Part shown: piece by piece, positions 12,174 to 26,602 of the stretch
Numbering within the stretch: position 1 is the first letter of the stretch
Layout of the letters: every line of letters starts with the position of its first letter
Assembly (NCBI GenBank): GCA_951406725.2
Contig: OX597823.1
Span: 52,948,001-53,012,000 of the forward strand
Length of the DNA: 64,000 bases
Source of the DNA: Octopus vulgaris
Taxonomy: Eukaryota
Direction of reading: 5' to 3'
Made by a program: the position numbers and the translations under genes
The notes under the pieces: model-generated
The model's database searches: none
What the model saw: the letters and a program-made list of their open reading frames with translations, nothing else
Told to the model about the DNA's origin: nothing

Positions 12174-12240
12174 CACAAATATTCACCAATTTTTAGTTTC
12201 ATTTACACACACAGACACACATACTCACACACACTAGCAC

Positions 12241-12310
<70 letters not shown>

Positions 12311-12597
12311 GCGTAGATATCGAAAAATAAAACAACACATTGGTGCATGCAGATTCTTTATTCGCGTATTAGTTTCATATTAAAAGATATCTCAACAATT
12401 CTTCAACCCAATCACATAAAAATTGGTGTTTGTTCGTCTCCATTTTGGATTAAATGTTTTTGTCCAAAATGGAGATGAACACCAATTTTTGTATGTGATC
12501 GGCTTGAAGAATTGTTGAGATATTCTCTTACATGAAACCGATGGTAGCTTTCAAATATATGTAACTAAAAACTAGTGAATATTTTTGTATACCCTGA
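12174..12597. mobile_element. Foldback MITE (mariner-like end) with a microsatellite in the left arm
   Basis: Outer IR aaatattcaccaatttttagtt / aactaaaactagtgaatattt; inner ~75-bp IR gatatctcaacaattcttcaa...ctccattttgga / tccaaaatggag...ttgaagaattgttgagatat; right end tataccctg. Confidence 0.6.
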
Positions 12598-12973
12598 ACG
12601 TATATATACTCATACTTTGAATTCTATTTTTCCTGTTTGTATCACCAAATGTATATGTGTGTATGTGTGTGTATGTGTGTGTTTAAGTGTAAATATGTAT
12701 GGATATATATGAGTGTTTGTATATTATATGCATATATGTGTGTGTATACACACACACGTATATATTTTATCTTTTACTTACTGCTTACGGGGCACCGCCT
12801 TCGTTTTTCATCCGTAAAAACAAGAACATTTGTAACGTAGTATTGGGGAACACACACACAAATGCACACGCACACGCACGCACACATACACACACACGCA
12901 CATACACACACACATTGTAAAAGAATATTAAAAAGTGGAGTTAACATAATGCGTTTATTCCTCAGTTTACAAT

Positions 12974-13219
12974 TGTTTCATTAACTTCAATTAAGCCAAT
13001 CTTACATCATGCCATTGCTATGCCACAATTACTTATCACCATGTACTATGGAATACTTTCATGATGGCCGGCCTTACTGAACCCTGCTATAAAGCAGTAA
13101 ACCGAGTTGACTTCGGCATGGGTTGTCATGAAAAGATTCCACAGTACATGGAGATAAACCAGTGGCTGTTGACAGCGATGGTATGACGCAAGATTGGTTT
13201 AATTGAAATTAATGAAACA
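12974..13219. repeat. ~245-bp imperfect hairpin bounded by hammerhead-like flanks
   Basis: tgtttcattaacttcaattaagccaatctt...ccatgtactatggaatactttcatga pairs with tcatgaaaagattccacagtacatgg...aagattggtttaattgaaattaatgaaaca; the minus strand has GAAAC-AATT-GTA at 12979-12968. Confidence 0.8.
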
Positions 13220-13446
13220 GAAACTAATGAAACTAAGTAACACACATAGTTAGCTGACTCCATTCTTCGATATTCTTGTATTATATAAGAACTCATGATG
13301 CTTTGTGGATTTTCTGGTTACTGGTGCACTGATATCCTGTGAAACATTCCCACATTTCAACTTTCAGAGAATCACCATCCGTTTCAGAGCTTCATATGTT
13401 AAATGCATGGATTACACATCTCAATCCACCTCTTCTCTCTCATTTT

Positions 13447-13502
<56 letters not shown>

Positions 13503-14216
13503 AACTGTTAGGAGTAGATACTACATGTTGATCTTAGCCATAAGACATGTATATATATATATATATATATATACGTGTATGCACATGTGTGAGTATTGTG
13601 TATTTCATTTGTGTAACTAATTCCCATAGTATCAAGATTTCAATAAATATATCAAATAAGCCTATTTCCTTACTTTTTGTTCTTATTGTAGTGTTTTTAA
13701 CGTGTTTGTGCGTCTGCGTGTGTGTGCATGTACATACGTATGTATATATGTATGCATGCATTCGTGTAAGTATGTATGTAAGTAAACGGAAGAAACACGC
13801 ACACGCACATATACACACACATTCCAGTAGAGACCCAGAGAAACAGAAAGCCAAACGGAGAGAGAAACAGAGAGAGTTGACTTAGAGAGTGGTTAAGGAA
13901 AAGGAAACGATTGAGCAGGGTAACAGACCGACACACAAGAGAAACCATCAGACACATAGACAGACAGACAAACAAAACTATGACATGGAATATTATTAGG
14001 TTCAACTCTTAAGAATTAACATAACAGCAGGCATAAATCATCTGTATATTGCTTTTTCGTTCTCCACCGCCCTTTTTCACTCCCTTTCTTCCCTCGTCAC
14101 ACCCCCACTATTCCCCACTTTGACACCTTTTTTTCCCTATTTTTATCTTTATTAGATCCAACATTCTCCCGACTTACGTCACTCTACTTTGTTCATAGCT
14201 TTATCTTTTTTTTTTG

Positions 14217-14219
14217 TTA

Positions 14220-14269
<50 letters not shown>

Positions 14270-14310
14270 GCATTATGGGAAAAATAAAGTAAAACATTAA
14301 ATTACTATTA

Positions 14311-14341
<31 letters not shown>

Positions 14342-14357
14342 CATCATCATCATCATC

Positions 14358-14410
<53 letters not shown>
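14217..14410. repeat. (TTA)n/(TCA)n microsatellites
   Basis: Direct inspection. Confidence 0.95.
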
Positions 14411-14411
14411 T

Positions 14412-14865
14412 ATGGCGGCAGCGATCTGGCAGAATCGTTAGAAACAACGGACAAAATGCTCAGCAGCTTTTCGTCCGTCTTCATCTTCTGATTTCATTCA
14501 TATTATCCGCCGAAGTCGACTTAGCCTTTCATCCTTTCGGAGTTCGACGAAATAAGTACCAGTTATGTATTGGGTTCGACATAATCAACTAGCCTCTCAC
14601 CCCACCTCCACCCCATCCCCATGAAAATTTCAGGCCTTGTGCTTTTCGGTGGTTTCGATGGCAGGATCGTTAGCCCACCGACAAAATTCTGAGCAGTATT
14701 TCGTCGTCCATCTTTTATCTTCTGAGTTCAAATTCTACCGAGGTTGTCTTTGCCTTTAATCCTTTCGGATTGGGTAAAATAAGTACCAGTTAAACAATGG
14801 GGTCGATGCAATCAACAAAACCCTTCCACCGAACTAGCTGGCCTTGTGACAAAGTTCGAAACCAT
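14412..14865 (+). mobile_element. Two head-to-tail old SINE B copies
   Basis: ggcggcagcgatctggcagaatcgttag and gatggcaggatcgttagc heads, each with the gcctttcatcctttcgg block and a ggccttgtg tail. Confidence 0.8.
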
Positions 14866-14884
14866 TATCATTATTATTATTATC

Positions 14885-14927
<43 letters not shown>

Positions 14928-15177
14928 GTAGTAGTAGTAGTAGTAGTAGTAGTAGCAGTAGTAGTAGTAGTAGTATCAACGCTAGCATCGTCATTATTGT
15001 TGTTGTTGGTTTTTTTTCTCTTTTGCAAAATGCACTTTGTGGTAAAAGCGAAAACAAAATAACACGAGATAAAAAAAAAAGACGTTAATATTTGGCCAAA
15101 TAAAACATTATCATTTTATCTTCAACTCATATAATAACATCAATTAATAAGACGTGTGTTTGTGTGTGAGCGTATAC

Positions 15178-15250
<73 letters not shown>

Positions 15251-15267
15251 CAGACACGCAAGGATGT

Positions 15268-15308
<41 letters not shown>

Positions 15309-15932
15309 TAAGGGAGAGAGTGGTGAGAGAGAGAGAGAGAGCAAGAGATTGTCACACCTCTGATTTTCCAACCCTTCTACTCTGATATCAATACCAGTTT
15401 TAGTTTAGAAAGAAAATACGCCATTATTTCAATTTAGGTTCATTTGAGGATTTTTGCATGCCTTTTTTATAAGTTAATATTTATTATCATTGTTATTATT
15501 GTTCCGGTCTTTCCCCTCGCCTACCCTCGTCTTGCTTTCTTTATTTATCATTTTTTTCTTTTTTGTATGTTCATCTTTTCATTTTTTTAAATTTTTTTCT
15601 TCTCTGCTTACCTCTGTTTTATCTATTTATATATTATCGTTTTTGGCGTGACGTTTCTTTTTCTACCCGTTTTCTTTCCTTCTTTAAAATGAAAAGATAA
15701 CGAGGTTACGGGTCAGTGATTACCGAACTTTAAAAATAGCGCTGCAATAACAAATAACAACAATATTATGCTGAACTAATCAGCTTAATTAAGCACAAAC
15801 AGATATCTGGTAATATCAACACGGATGCTATCGCCATCGCCATCGCCATCGTCATCACCCAACACCGACAACGACAGCAACATCAACAACGACGGCGACC
15901 ACAACAGCAGCAACAGCAGCAACAACGACAAC

Positions 15933-15963
<31 letters not shown>

Positions 15964-16032
15964 ATGATATTTTTATAATAAAAGAAACATGAATATCACA
16001 AGAAACATCCTTTATATATTTTGTATGTACAT

Positions 16033-16400
16033 ATAGGCGTAGGAGTGGTTGTGTGGTAAGTAGCTTGCTAATCAACCACATGGTTCCGGGTTCAGTCCCA
16101 CTGCGTGGCACCTTGGTTAAGTGTCTTCTACTATAGCCTCGGGCCGACCAAAGCCTTGTGAGTGGATTTGGTAGACGGAAACTGAAAGAAGTACGTCGTA
16201 TATATGTATATATACATATATATGTGTGTTTGTGTATCTGTGTTTGTCCCTCCAACATCGCTTGACAAAAAAAGAGACCGATAAAATAAGTACTAGGCTT
16301 ACAAAGAATAAGTCCTGGGATCGATTTGATCGACTAAAGGCGGTGCTCCAGCATGGCCACAGTCACATGACTAAAACAAGTAAAAGAGTAAAAAAGAGTA
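16033..16400 (+). mobile_element. SINE family A, well preserved
   Basis: ggcgtaggagtggttgtgtggtaag...gggttcagtcccactgcgtggcaccttgg...; tail aacaagtaaaagagtaaaa. Confidence 0.9.
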
Positions 16401-16402
16401 TA

Positions 16403-17165
16403 TAGGCGCAGGCGTAGGTGCGAAGAAGTTTGCATCCCAACCACATAGTGCCGGGTTAAGTTCCACGACGTGGCACCTTGGGCAAGTATGCCAAGCAGAC
16501 CAAAGCCTTGTGAGTAAATTTAGTAGACTGAAACTGAAAGAAGTTCATCGTATGTGCGTTTGTGTGTGTGTGTGTGTGAGTGTGTGTGTGTGTGTGTGTG
16601 AAGGTGCATGGCTTAGTGGTTAGGGGCATTTGGCTCATTATCGTGAGGTCGTGAGTTCAATTCCCGGCGGCGCATTGTATCCTTGAGCAAGACACTTTAT
16701 TTCACGTTGCTCCAGTCCACTCAGCTGACAAAAGTGAGTTGTACCTGTAGTTCAAAGGGCCAGCCTTGTCACGCACTGTGTCACGCTGAATCTCTCCGAG
16801 AACTACGTTAAAGGTACACGTGTTTGTGGAATGCCCAGCCACTTGCACGTTAATTTCACGAGCAAGCTGTTCCGTTGATCGTATCAGCTAGGACCTTCGT
16901 CATCGCAACCGAGGGAGTGCTCCTTAAAAAAATGTGTGTGTCTGTGCGTGCGTCTGTGCGCCTGTGTCTGTGTTTGCCCCAACCATCACTTGACAACCGG
17001 TGTTGGTATCTTTACGTCCTCATTATTGAGAGGTTCGGTAAATAGACGGATAAAATAAGTATCAGGCTTTAAAAAAATAATTACTGGAGTCGATTCTTTC
17101 TACTAAACCTATTTAGATGATGCCCTTGCATGGCCTCAGTCAAATGAGTGAATCAAGCAAAAGAT
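16403..17165 (+). mobile_element. SINE family A with a SINE D copy (16600-16925) nested in its internal (TG)n
   Basis: A head at 16403-16550, (TG)n, D element gaaggtgcatggcttagtggttaggg...accgagggagtgc, then the A 3' half resumes (cttgacaaccggtgttgg). Confidence 0.85.
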
Positions 17166-17589
17166 ATAAGATATCTCGACGCCTGTACGTATGCATACAT
17201 GTACTTCCAAACATATATATTTCGGGGGGATTCAGCGTGACACAAGGCTGGCCCTTTGAAATACAGGTACTACTCATTTTTGCCAGCTGAGTGGACGTAT
17301 GTGTATTTGTGAATATATATATAAACTATAAAAGGTTTGGAGATATGAGACGTGTATATTCACTTCTCATACCTCCTAAATTTATTATCGTTTCTAAATC
17401 ATGAAATAATTTCATTGAGTGGATGTCCTGGATTTCAGCTGGATGGAACTCTGCATTAATCTCCAACGTATTGGATTATTTGTGGTATGATAGCTGGATC
17501 CACTAGAAGAGCTTTCTGTGATAGTCAGAAAATTCTATGAATCCACGTATTACGCTATATACATATACATACATATATGTTTGTTGTTT

Positions 17590-17889
17590 GTTCCTTCTCA
17601 AGCCACGACTAGCTCATAAGAGCCGGTTTCCCGGTTTCCTTGGCGTATAGGTTCCCCACCTAGGCGAAACGCCGGTCCGTCGCAGGTGAGCTGCAAGATG
17701 CAAGAAGAAGGAGTGAGAGAAAGTTGTGGCGAAAAAGTCAGCAGAAGTTTGCCATTACCTTCCACCGGAGCCGCGTGGCGCTTAAGTGTTTCGCTCATGA
17801 ACACACACATCGACCAGTCTGAGATTCGAACCCGCGATCCCTCGACCACGAGTCCGCTGCTCTAACCACTAGGCTATGTGCCTCCACAC
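17590..17889 (-). mobile_element. SINE family E (C-type tRNA head + tail 2)
   Basis: Minus strand tgtggaggcacatagcctagtggttagagcagcggactcg...gggttcgaatctc; 3' part ggaaaccgggaaaccggctcttatgag...gagaaggaacaaac. Confidence 0.85.
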
Positions 17890-17962
17890 ATACATATATA
17901 TATGTGTGTGTGTGTGTATGTGTGTGTGTACATTATATATACACTCACCCACATATATATTA

Positions 17963-17996
<34 letters not shown>

Positions 17997-18769
17997 CGTG
18001 CATATATAAATATAAAAATATATATACACACACGCACATATATATACACGCACACCCACTCATATACACACTAACAGACATAGACAGATACACAGCTACT
18101 GGTACAAACGCACACATATACATTATTTTATTGTAGTGGGTGAGTGTCCATATATACCCGTAACAATGTATATATGTAAGTTTCCATAAATAAACGCGTT
18201 GCCAGCTTTAGGCATTGACAAATCTGTTATGTCTGCATGTGCACGTAAGTTTAAATGTACACGTACTTAAGTAAATTACAGAATCACTATGAGTTTAAGC
18301 GTGTTTATGTGTATACATGCATACATACCCCCCCCCCCCGTGTGCACACACATATATTTGCACAATTGTCATTTATATTATGGTATAAATAGTATGTCTG
18401 TATGTATAGGCATGCTCTCACCTATGTGTAGTTATGTGATAAAAAAAAAAAATTGTGTATTCGTTTGTAAATATATGCGTTAATAAGAGGATAGCGTGTA
18501 TTTTAAGAAAGTATCGTGTATGTAAGTGTGTGTGTGTCACTGAAATGTATAGATTTGCATGTAGTTTTTATGTGGGGTTTTTTTTATCTTGGCGTATGTG
18601 TATGTAACTGGGTGCTTGTATGTGTGAATATATATCTCTTGTATGTACGTATCTTCAGAATCTTTCTTATGAAATGTGTACACGGAGTAAGGCTGTGCGC
18701 TGGTATTTAGTGTCTGGGCGTGCGCACATGAGCTTACATGTGTACGGTTTGCCTCTGTTTGAGTGCGTG

Positions 18770-18800
<31 letters not shown>

Positions 18801-19082
18801 TTCTGAGTTTTATTGAGTGCGTATGCATGTAGCTGTGACTGTGTGCATGTTTTGAAATATCTGTGCGTATACGGGTTTGTTTGCATGGACTATTTTATGC
18901 ATATGTATGTGACAGCGTGTATGCATATATTTGTGTGTGTGTGTGTGTATGACTATATGTGTGTGTATATTATTTCATATATATGTGTATATATATGTAT
19001 ATATATGTATTTCTATATATATAAATATACATATATATATATATATGCATATCTGTGTATGTAAACATATATATCTATATGT

Positions 19083-19135
<53 letters not shown>

Positions 19136-19554
19136 TATCTTTGTATGTAAACATATATATCTGCATATGTATGTGTGTGCATATATATATACACACACAT
19201 ATATATACATATACACACACACACACATATATATATACACACATATATATATATACACACATATATATATATACACACATATATATATACATATACATAT
19301 AAATATATATGTACATATATACTTTTATATATATATATATATATATGCAAGATTGAGATGGGTGTTAAGAAAACAAAGTTTAGTACTTCTGTGTTTGTTT
19401 CTTTTGATATAGAATTTTTGATTTACGCTTCGCGTTGAAAAAAAAGTCGTGTGTGTGTGCATGTGTATGAATTTGCATGTGTGCGAGTGTTTATATATTT
19501 TTACACGAATGTGTTTAGAAGATTTTTCATGTTTAAGTACGTCTGTATGTACGT

Positions 19555-19592
<38 letters not shown>

Positions 19593-19904
19593 CTACGTGT
19601 GTGTGTGTGTGTGTGTGAATGTATATTCAAGATATCCACCACCATATCTAATGGCATTATCACACATGCTCTATCCTCCATTACCCTACTCTCTTTTCTT
19701 TTCTTTTCTCTCTTACTCTTTCTTTCTTTCTCTCTTTCCCTACACCCCTCTCTCTCTCTCTCTGTTGCTATCTTTCTAACTACCCCTAACCTTGTGCTGG
19801 TATTAGCCAACCTGACATCTGGCAAAAGAATTTGTCAGTTGAGTAGTGTCATATAATTAAAGCATGGTTTTTCTGCTCTGCTTTGACAACCATATTATCA
19901 ATTA

Positions 19905-19972
<68 letters not shown>

Positions 19973-20077
19973 CCTATAGTTTTTTTTTTATTTCGTTGGA
20001 GTATCAGAATCTGTTGAATGTTGTACGTAATGCCTTGTAAGTAGTATTGCGCAAAGTCCTTCCAAACTTTCTTTTGT

Positions 20078-20115
<38 letters not shown>

Positions 20116-20236
20116 ATGTTTGCTTGTTAATTCCCTATGGCTCAACTTTAGGCTTTCCGCCTTCCGGTGTCGCTAAAATTAGTATGAGTCAAATATTAGT
20201 CTCAGCCTAATCGACTGTATCATGCCCCCTCCCCGT

Positions 20237-20295
<59 letters not shown>

Positions 20296-20389
20296 CTAAT
20301 TTTGGTGCCTATTTCCTAATACTAGAAACATTTATAGACATGTTTGAGAAATATATAGTTTCATTTTTTTTTCTAAGATAATTATTCTT

Positions 20390-20605
20390 ATATTCTTTTA
20401 CCTGCTTCACTCATTAGATTGCGACCATACTGGGGCACCACTCCTGAAGAATTTCGCTCGAATGGATCGACCCCAGTACTTATTTTTTTAAAGTTTAATG
20501 TTTATTCTACCTTTTGCCGAACCGCTAAGTTACGGGTACATAAACACACCAAGATCGGTTGTCAAGCGATGGTGGAGGGACAAGCACAGACACAAACACA
20601 TAAAT

Positions 20606-20662
<57 letters not shown>

Positions 20663-21155
20663 CGATAGGCTTCTTTCAGTTTCCGTCTACCAAATCCACT
20701 CACAAGGCTTTAGCCGGCCCGAGGTTATAGTAGAAGACCTGAACCCGGAACCATGTCGTTGGAATATTTTTTTATTGTTTTACTAGTTTCAGTCATTTGA
20801 CTCCGGCCATGCTGGAGCACTGCCTTAAGTCGAACAAATCGACCCCAGGACTTATTGTTTGTAAGCCTAGCACTTATTCTATCGGCCTTATTTGCCGAAC
20901 CGCTATATTACGGGGACATAAACACACCAGCATCGGTGTCAAGTGATGGTGGGAGGACTAACACTGACGCACAAATATATATATATAATATACGACGGTT
21001 TCTTCCAGTTTCCGCCTACCAAATCCACCCACAAGGCTTTGGTTGGCCCAAGGCTGTAGTAGACGACACTTCCCCAAAGTGCGACGCAGTGAGACTGAAC
21101 CCGGAACTATGTGGTTGGGAAGAAATCTCCTTACCACACAGCCACTCCTGTGCCA

Positions 21156-21235
<80 letters not shown>

Positions 21236-22052
21236 ATGTATGTATGTATGTATGTTCGTATGTTCAGTTGGATTGAACCACGCACCATGCGGTTGGGAAG
21301 CAAACGTCTTACTACAAGACCGCGCGAGCGCCTTATTAGGTACGTGTTGCAAAATCCATGCTTAAAAAATCCAAGGTCAACGAAATAATATATGAGAATG
21401 ATCTAACAATAGTTATATAACCTATTATTGCTGTTTTCTAGAACGTACCTATGTCTGTCCTTTGAGGTAAACAGACAATATTTATTGGTTATGTAACATT
21501 CCAGTGTTATTTCTTACTTTCTCTTTTCTTTTCTGCACAACTTTATAAGCATTTAGAATTGGTGTGTTTTATAACTGCTACGTTTCTGCTTTATTATTTT
21601 TTTTTCAGAAAAATGATGCTATACCTATTATATGGTATATGGTGATATATACTCTTTTACTCTTTTACTTGTTTCAGTCATTTGACTGCGGCCATGCTGG
21701 AGCACCGCCTTTAGTCGAGCAAATTGACCCCGGGACTTATTCTTTGTAAGCCCAGTACTTATTCTATCGGTCTCTTTTGCCGAACCGCTAAGTGACGGGG
21801 ACGTAAACACACCAGCATCGGTTGTCAAGCAATGCTAGGGGGACAAACACAGACACACAAACATATATACACACCCACTTATATATATATACATATATAC
21901 GATAGGCTTCTTACAGTTTCCGTCTACCAAATCCACTCACAAGGCATTGGTCGGCCCGGGGCTATAGCAGAAGACACTTGCCCAAGATGCCACGCAGTGG
22001 GACTGAACCCGGAACCATGTGGTTGGTTAGCAAGCTACTTACCACACAGCCA
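20390..22052 (-). mobile_element. Cluster of same-orientation SINE A copies (~20390-20763, 20775-21155, 21270-21332 partial, 21652-22052)
   Basis: Repeated gtttcagtcatttgactgcggccatgctggagcac and ccgtctaccaaatccactcacaagg blocks. Confidence 0.85.
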
Positions 22053-22695
22053 TCTTTTTTCTTCTACTTATTTCAATCCCGGACATAGATACTACCCAGT
22101 AGGAAAACTTGCCAGTGATATATTATAAAAGCGTGTTTCTTTTTTGGCTGATGAATTTGTTCAGGAACGAGCAAGAAGAAAAGGGATATATCTTTGCTTC
22201 ACGGAATGTGGCTGGTTTTAGACCGAGCTCCAAAAATTGCTGAAGTCCTTGACTGATGCGTACACCAGTGTACCTTCCATTGATCAGGTAACAAACAAAA
22301 CTGTCTGCAATTTGGGATCGCGATCAAGGACAGACAGCTGGCAATGAAAATACGACAGACGCCTGCTTATAGGCGTAATGTGGTGACTTCTGTAAGGCAA
22401 AGCTCTCAGAACTTCGAGATGTTTCTAAATGCCTGTGTCTTAACTCACTTTATCCTTTGATGCCAATGTTCACTTCCTCACTTCTAGTTTTCCAAGTATG
22501 CTTTGAAATTCTTGTGCCGATGCAGTTAACTTCCGAATAAGTGTTTTATAAGCTGAATATCGCATGCTGATGGGGGAGATATCAGTATGGTATCCGAGAC
22601 GTTTTCAAAGCATTTACCTATTACGTGTTAAGGTTCTATGAGATTCGATATCTGATCCCTTTACTTTACATTCGCTTATAATATTTTTACGCTTG

Positions 22696-22915
22696 AAGGC
22701 GGCGAGCTGGCAGAAACGTTAGCACGCCGGACGAAATATGTAGCGGTATTTCGTCTGTCTTTACGTTCTGAGTTCAAATTCCGCCGAAGTCGACTTTGCC
22801 TTTTATCCTTTCGAGGTTGATAAATTAAGTACCAGTTGCATACTGGGGTCGATCTAATCGAATTGCCCCTTCTTCAAAAATGTTGTGCCTTTGTGCCTAG
22901 AGTAGAAAAGAATAT
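22696..22915 (+). mobile_element. SINE family B, full length
   Basis: aaggcggcgagctggcagaaacgttagcacgccggacgaaatatgtagcggtatttcgtctg...; shows the uninterrupted head-body junction. Confidence 0.9.
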
Positions 22916-23049
22916 TTTTCTTGAATAGCTGACAGTACATGTGCGTTGTTTGAGAAATATTTTCTAATGAGAGAAAAATATTTAGTAACATCAGTTTATA
23001 CGCCAATGTCGTACGCTAGGTTATGTTGCACTTTATAACTATTACTTGT

Positions 23050-23345
23050 GAAGGTGCATGGCCTAGAGATTAGTGTATTGCACTCATGATCGCAACAACA
23101 TCATGGTTTCAATTCCTGAGCCGAGTGGTACATTGTATTCTTGAGCAAAATATTTCATTTCACCTTTTTTTGTGATCAGTTCGACACCACATGGTGTGGT
23201 ACACCATGCATTTGTTCAGGCAACCTCGATTTTTCTTTTTTAAATGTGCGAACTAATATATAGCACAAACATTTGATCACGATAAAAAAAATCATTTGTG
23301 CAGTTCGTTCAGTAAAAACTTCCAGAACCGCCTTTCTCAGACTAC
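23050..23345 (+). mobile_element. Old SINE with a D-type head and a third, different tail
   Basis: gaaggtgcatggcctagagattagtg head and ttcttgagcaaaatatttcatttcac CORE-like block, followed by sequence unlike tail 1 or tail 2. Confidence 0.6.
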
Positions 23346-23667
23346 GAAAAACTGCTATCTTAAATCATCATAATTGTTACATGTACTTCTGGACAAATAT
23401 TTATAAGAAGTTGCATTTTCTTATTATTGACTACGACATATATCGGCTGTCCACTTAACGGCAGATATCATTAGAGAACAGCAGACATCAATTGATGTTT
23501 CAAAAATTTTACATAGATACGGTCATCAATAAAGAAAAGTGAATTTTCAAGTCACTTCTCAATAATGAGATGGTCAAGTTTATTGTGCGAGAGACTAACA
23601 ATTATTGCAGTTTTTGTACTTATTTAAAGTTAAAAATAAGTCTAAAAATTACCCTTACGAAAAAGAT

Positions 23668-25096
<1,429 letters not shown>

Positions 25097-25556
25097 ATGA
25101 TATATATTTTGCCTTTTCGTCTGTTTTGCACACACATCTATTCAACCCTTTCTCGCAGCACGGGCCCTCGGAAATTCTGTGTTGGTATCCGGTGTGCTGG
25201 GAAACCACTGAGGGTAAGCTATCCCTTGGCTTTGTCAAAGCATGTTTCTAGATCCTACTTCAAGCCCAGGCTACACCTGCTCTTATAATCGGCAATTAGT
25301 GAATCTTCTGTGATGATCGGCAATAATTAGAAAGATGAGGTACTATGGATAATACTATCCCAGATTGTGTATGCTTGTAACCAGGGACCACATGTGAACT
25401 TGTATACTCACCGAAACTCCAAACAAGTTGGTCGGTGCCGGTTCAACCCACTCCAAGTGAATGTCGCCGCAAGTTCAAGTAGGTAAGTAACCCTCTCTCT
25501 CACCGTTTAAGGGTTAAATATGGATTTCTTGAGAGGTACATTGTACATATCCTCTC

Positions 25557-25936
25557 CACAATGGCCCAGTGGTTAGGGCAGCGGACTCGCGGTCGTAGGA
25601 TCGCGGTTTCGATTCCCAGATCGGGCGTTGTGAGTGTTTATTGAGCGAAAACACCTAAAGCTCCACGAGGCTCCGGCAGGGGATGGTGGTGATCCCTGCT
25701 GTACTCTTTCACCACAACTTTCTCTCACTCTTACTTCCTGTTTCTGTTGTACCTGTATTTCAAGGGGCCAGCCTTGTCACTCTCTGAGTCACGCTGAATA
25801 TCCCCGAGAACTACGTTAAGGGTACACGTGTCTGTGGAGTGCTCAGCCACTTACACGTTAATTTCACGAGCAGGCTGTTCCGTTGATCGGATCAACCGGA
25901 ACCCTCATTGTCGGAACCGACGGAGTGCTTCCATCC
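25557..25936 (+). mobile_element. SINE family C (tRNA head + tail 1), young copy
   Basis: A-box tggcccagtgg, B-box gtttcgattcc; 12-bp TSD acatatcctctc (25545-25556 / 25937-25948). Confidence 0.92.
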
Positions 25937-26037
25937 ACATATCCTCTCACCGAGGTTCATTGGTGCGTGTCTGACATTCGGTGAGTTGTTAGATTTGATT
26001 TAGATTTAGAGTAGTTAGCAATATTTTTGTCTTATAT

Positions 26038-26262
26038 TAAGGCGGCAAGCCGGCAAAATCAATAGCACACCGGTCAAAATGCTTAGCTGCATTTCGTCCG
26101 TCTATACGATACGTTGAGTTCAAATTCCGCCGAGCTTCACTTTACCTTCCCTAATTTTGAGGTCGATAAAATAATTTCAATGTGAACACTGGAGGTTGAT
26201 GTTATCGACTTATCCTCTCCCTCGAAATTGCTGGCCTTGTGCCAAAATTTGAAATCTATATT
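26038..26262 (+). mobile_element. SINE family B, old-tail type
   Basis: aaggcggcaagccggcaaaatc head; aaattgctggccttgtgccaaaatttgaaa tail. Confidence 0.8.
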
Positions 26263-26602
26263 TTTGTTGTATATGAATTCACTTTAGTTTCAGAGCGACA
26301 TCTCGGTCGTTTACCTTTTTACGATTTGTTTCTACAGTTACTGTCTGAAAGAATTTATTAAATGTTGAAATTATTGGTCTTCTGGCAGTGTTGGCTATGC
26401 ACCCATTCACATTGTCCAAAGTGTTGGTTATGCATCCATTCACATTGCTCAAATCGAAGCCTAGTACATATTCTATCGATCTTTTTTGTCAGACCGCTAA
26501 GTTGTGGGGAGGTAAACGCACTAATACAGGTTGTCAAGCGGTGATGGGGTGACAGACACAAAGTCACGAGTATATACATACATACATATCTATATATATA
26601 TA

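Noticed and set aside
22130-22640. Possible very old LINE RT fragment on the minus strand
   Set aside because: Only vague similarity (ALK.LG..IQLIKHLF); no catalytic motif, so not supportable by eye.
25145-25517. piggyBac-like MITE ending aaggg|ttaa
   Set aside because: The left TSD is not TTAA and the TIR match is only ~5 bp.
25557-25630. tRNA gene (also at 17810-17889, 50610-50687, 51570-51644)
   Set aside because: The A/B boxes belong to SINE heads that continue into conserved bodies, some with TSDs; no complete acceptor stem or terminator.
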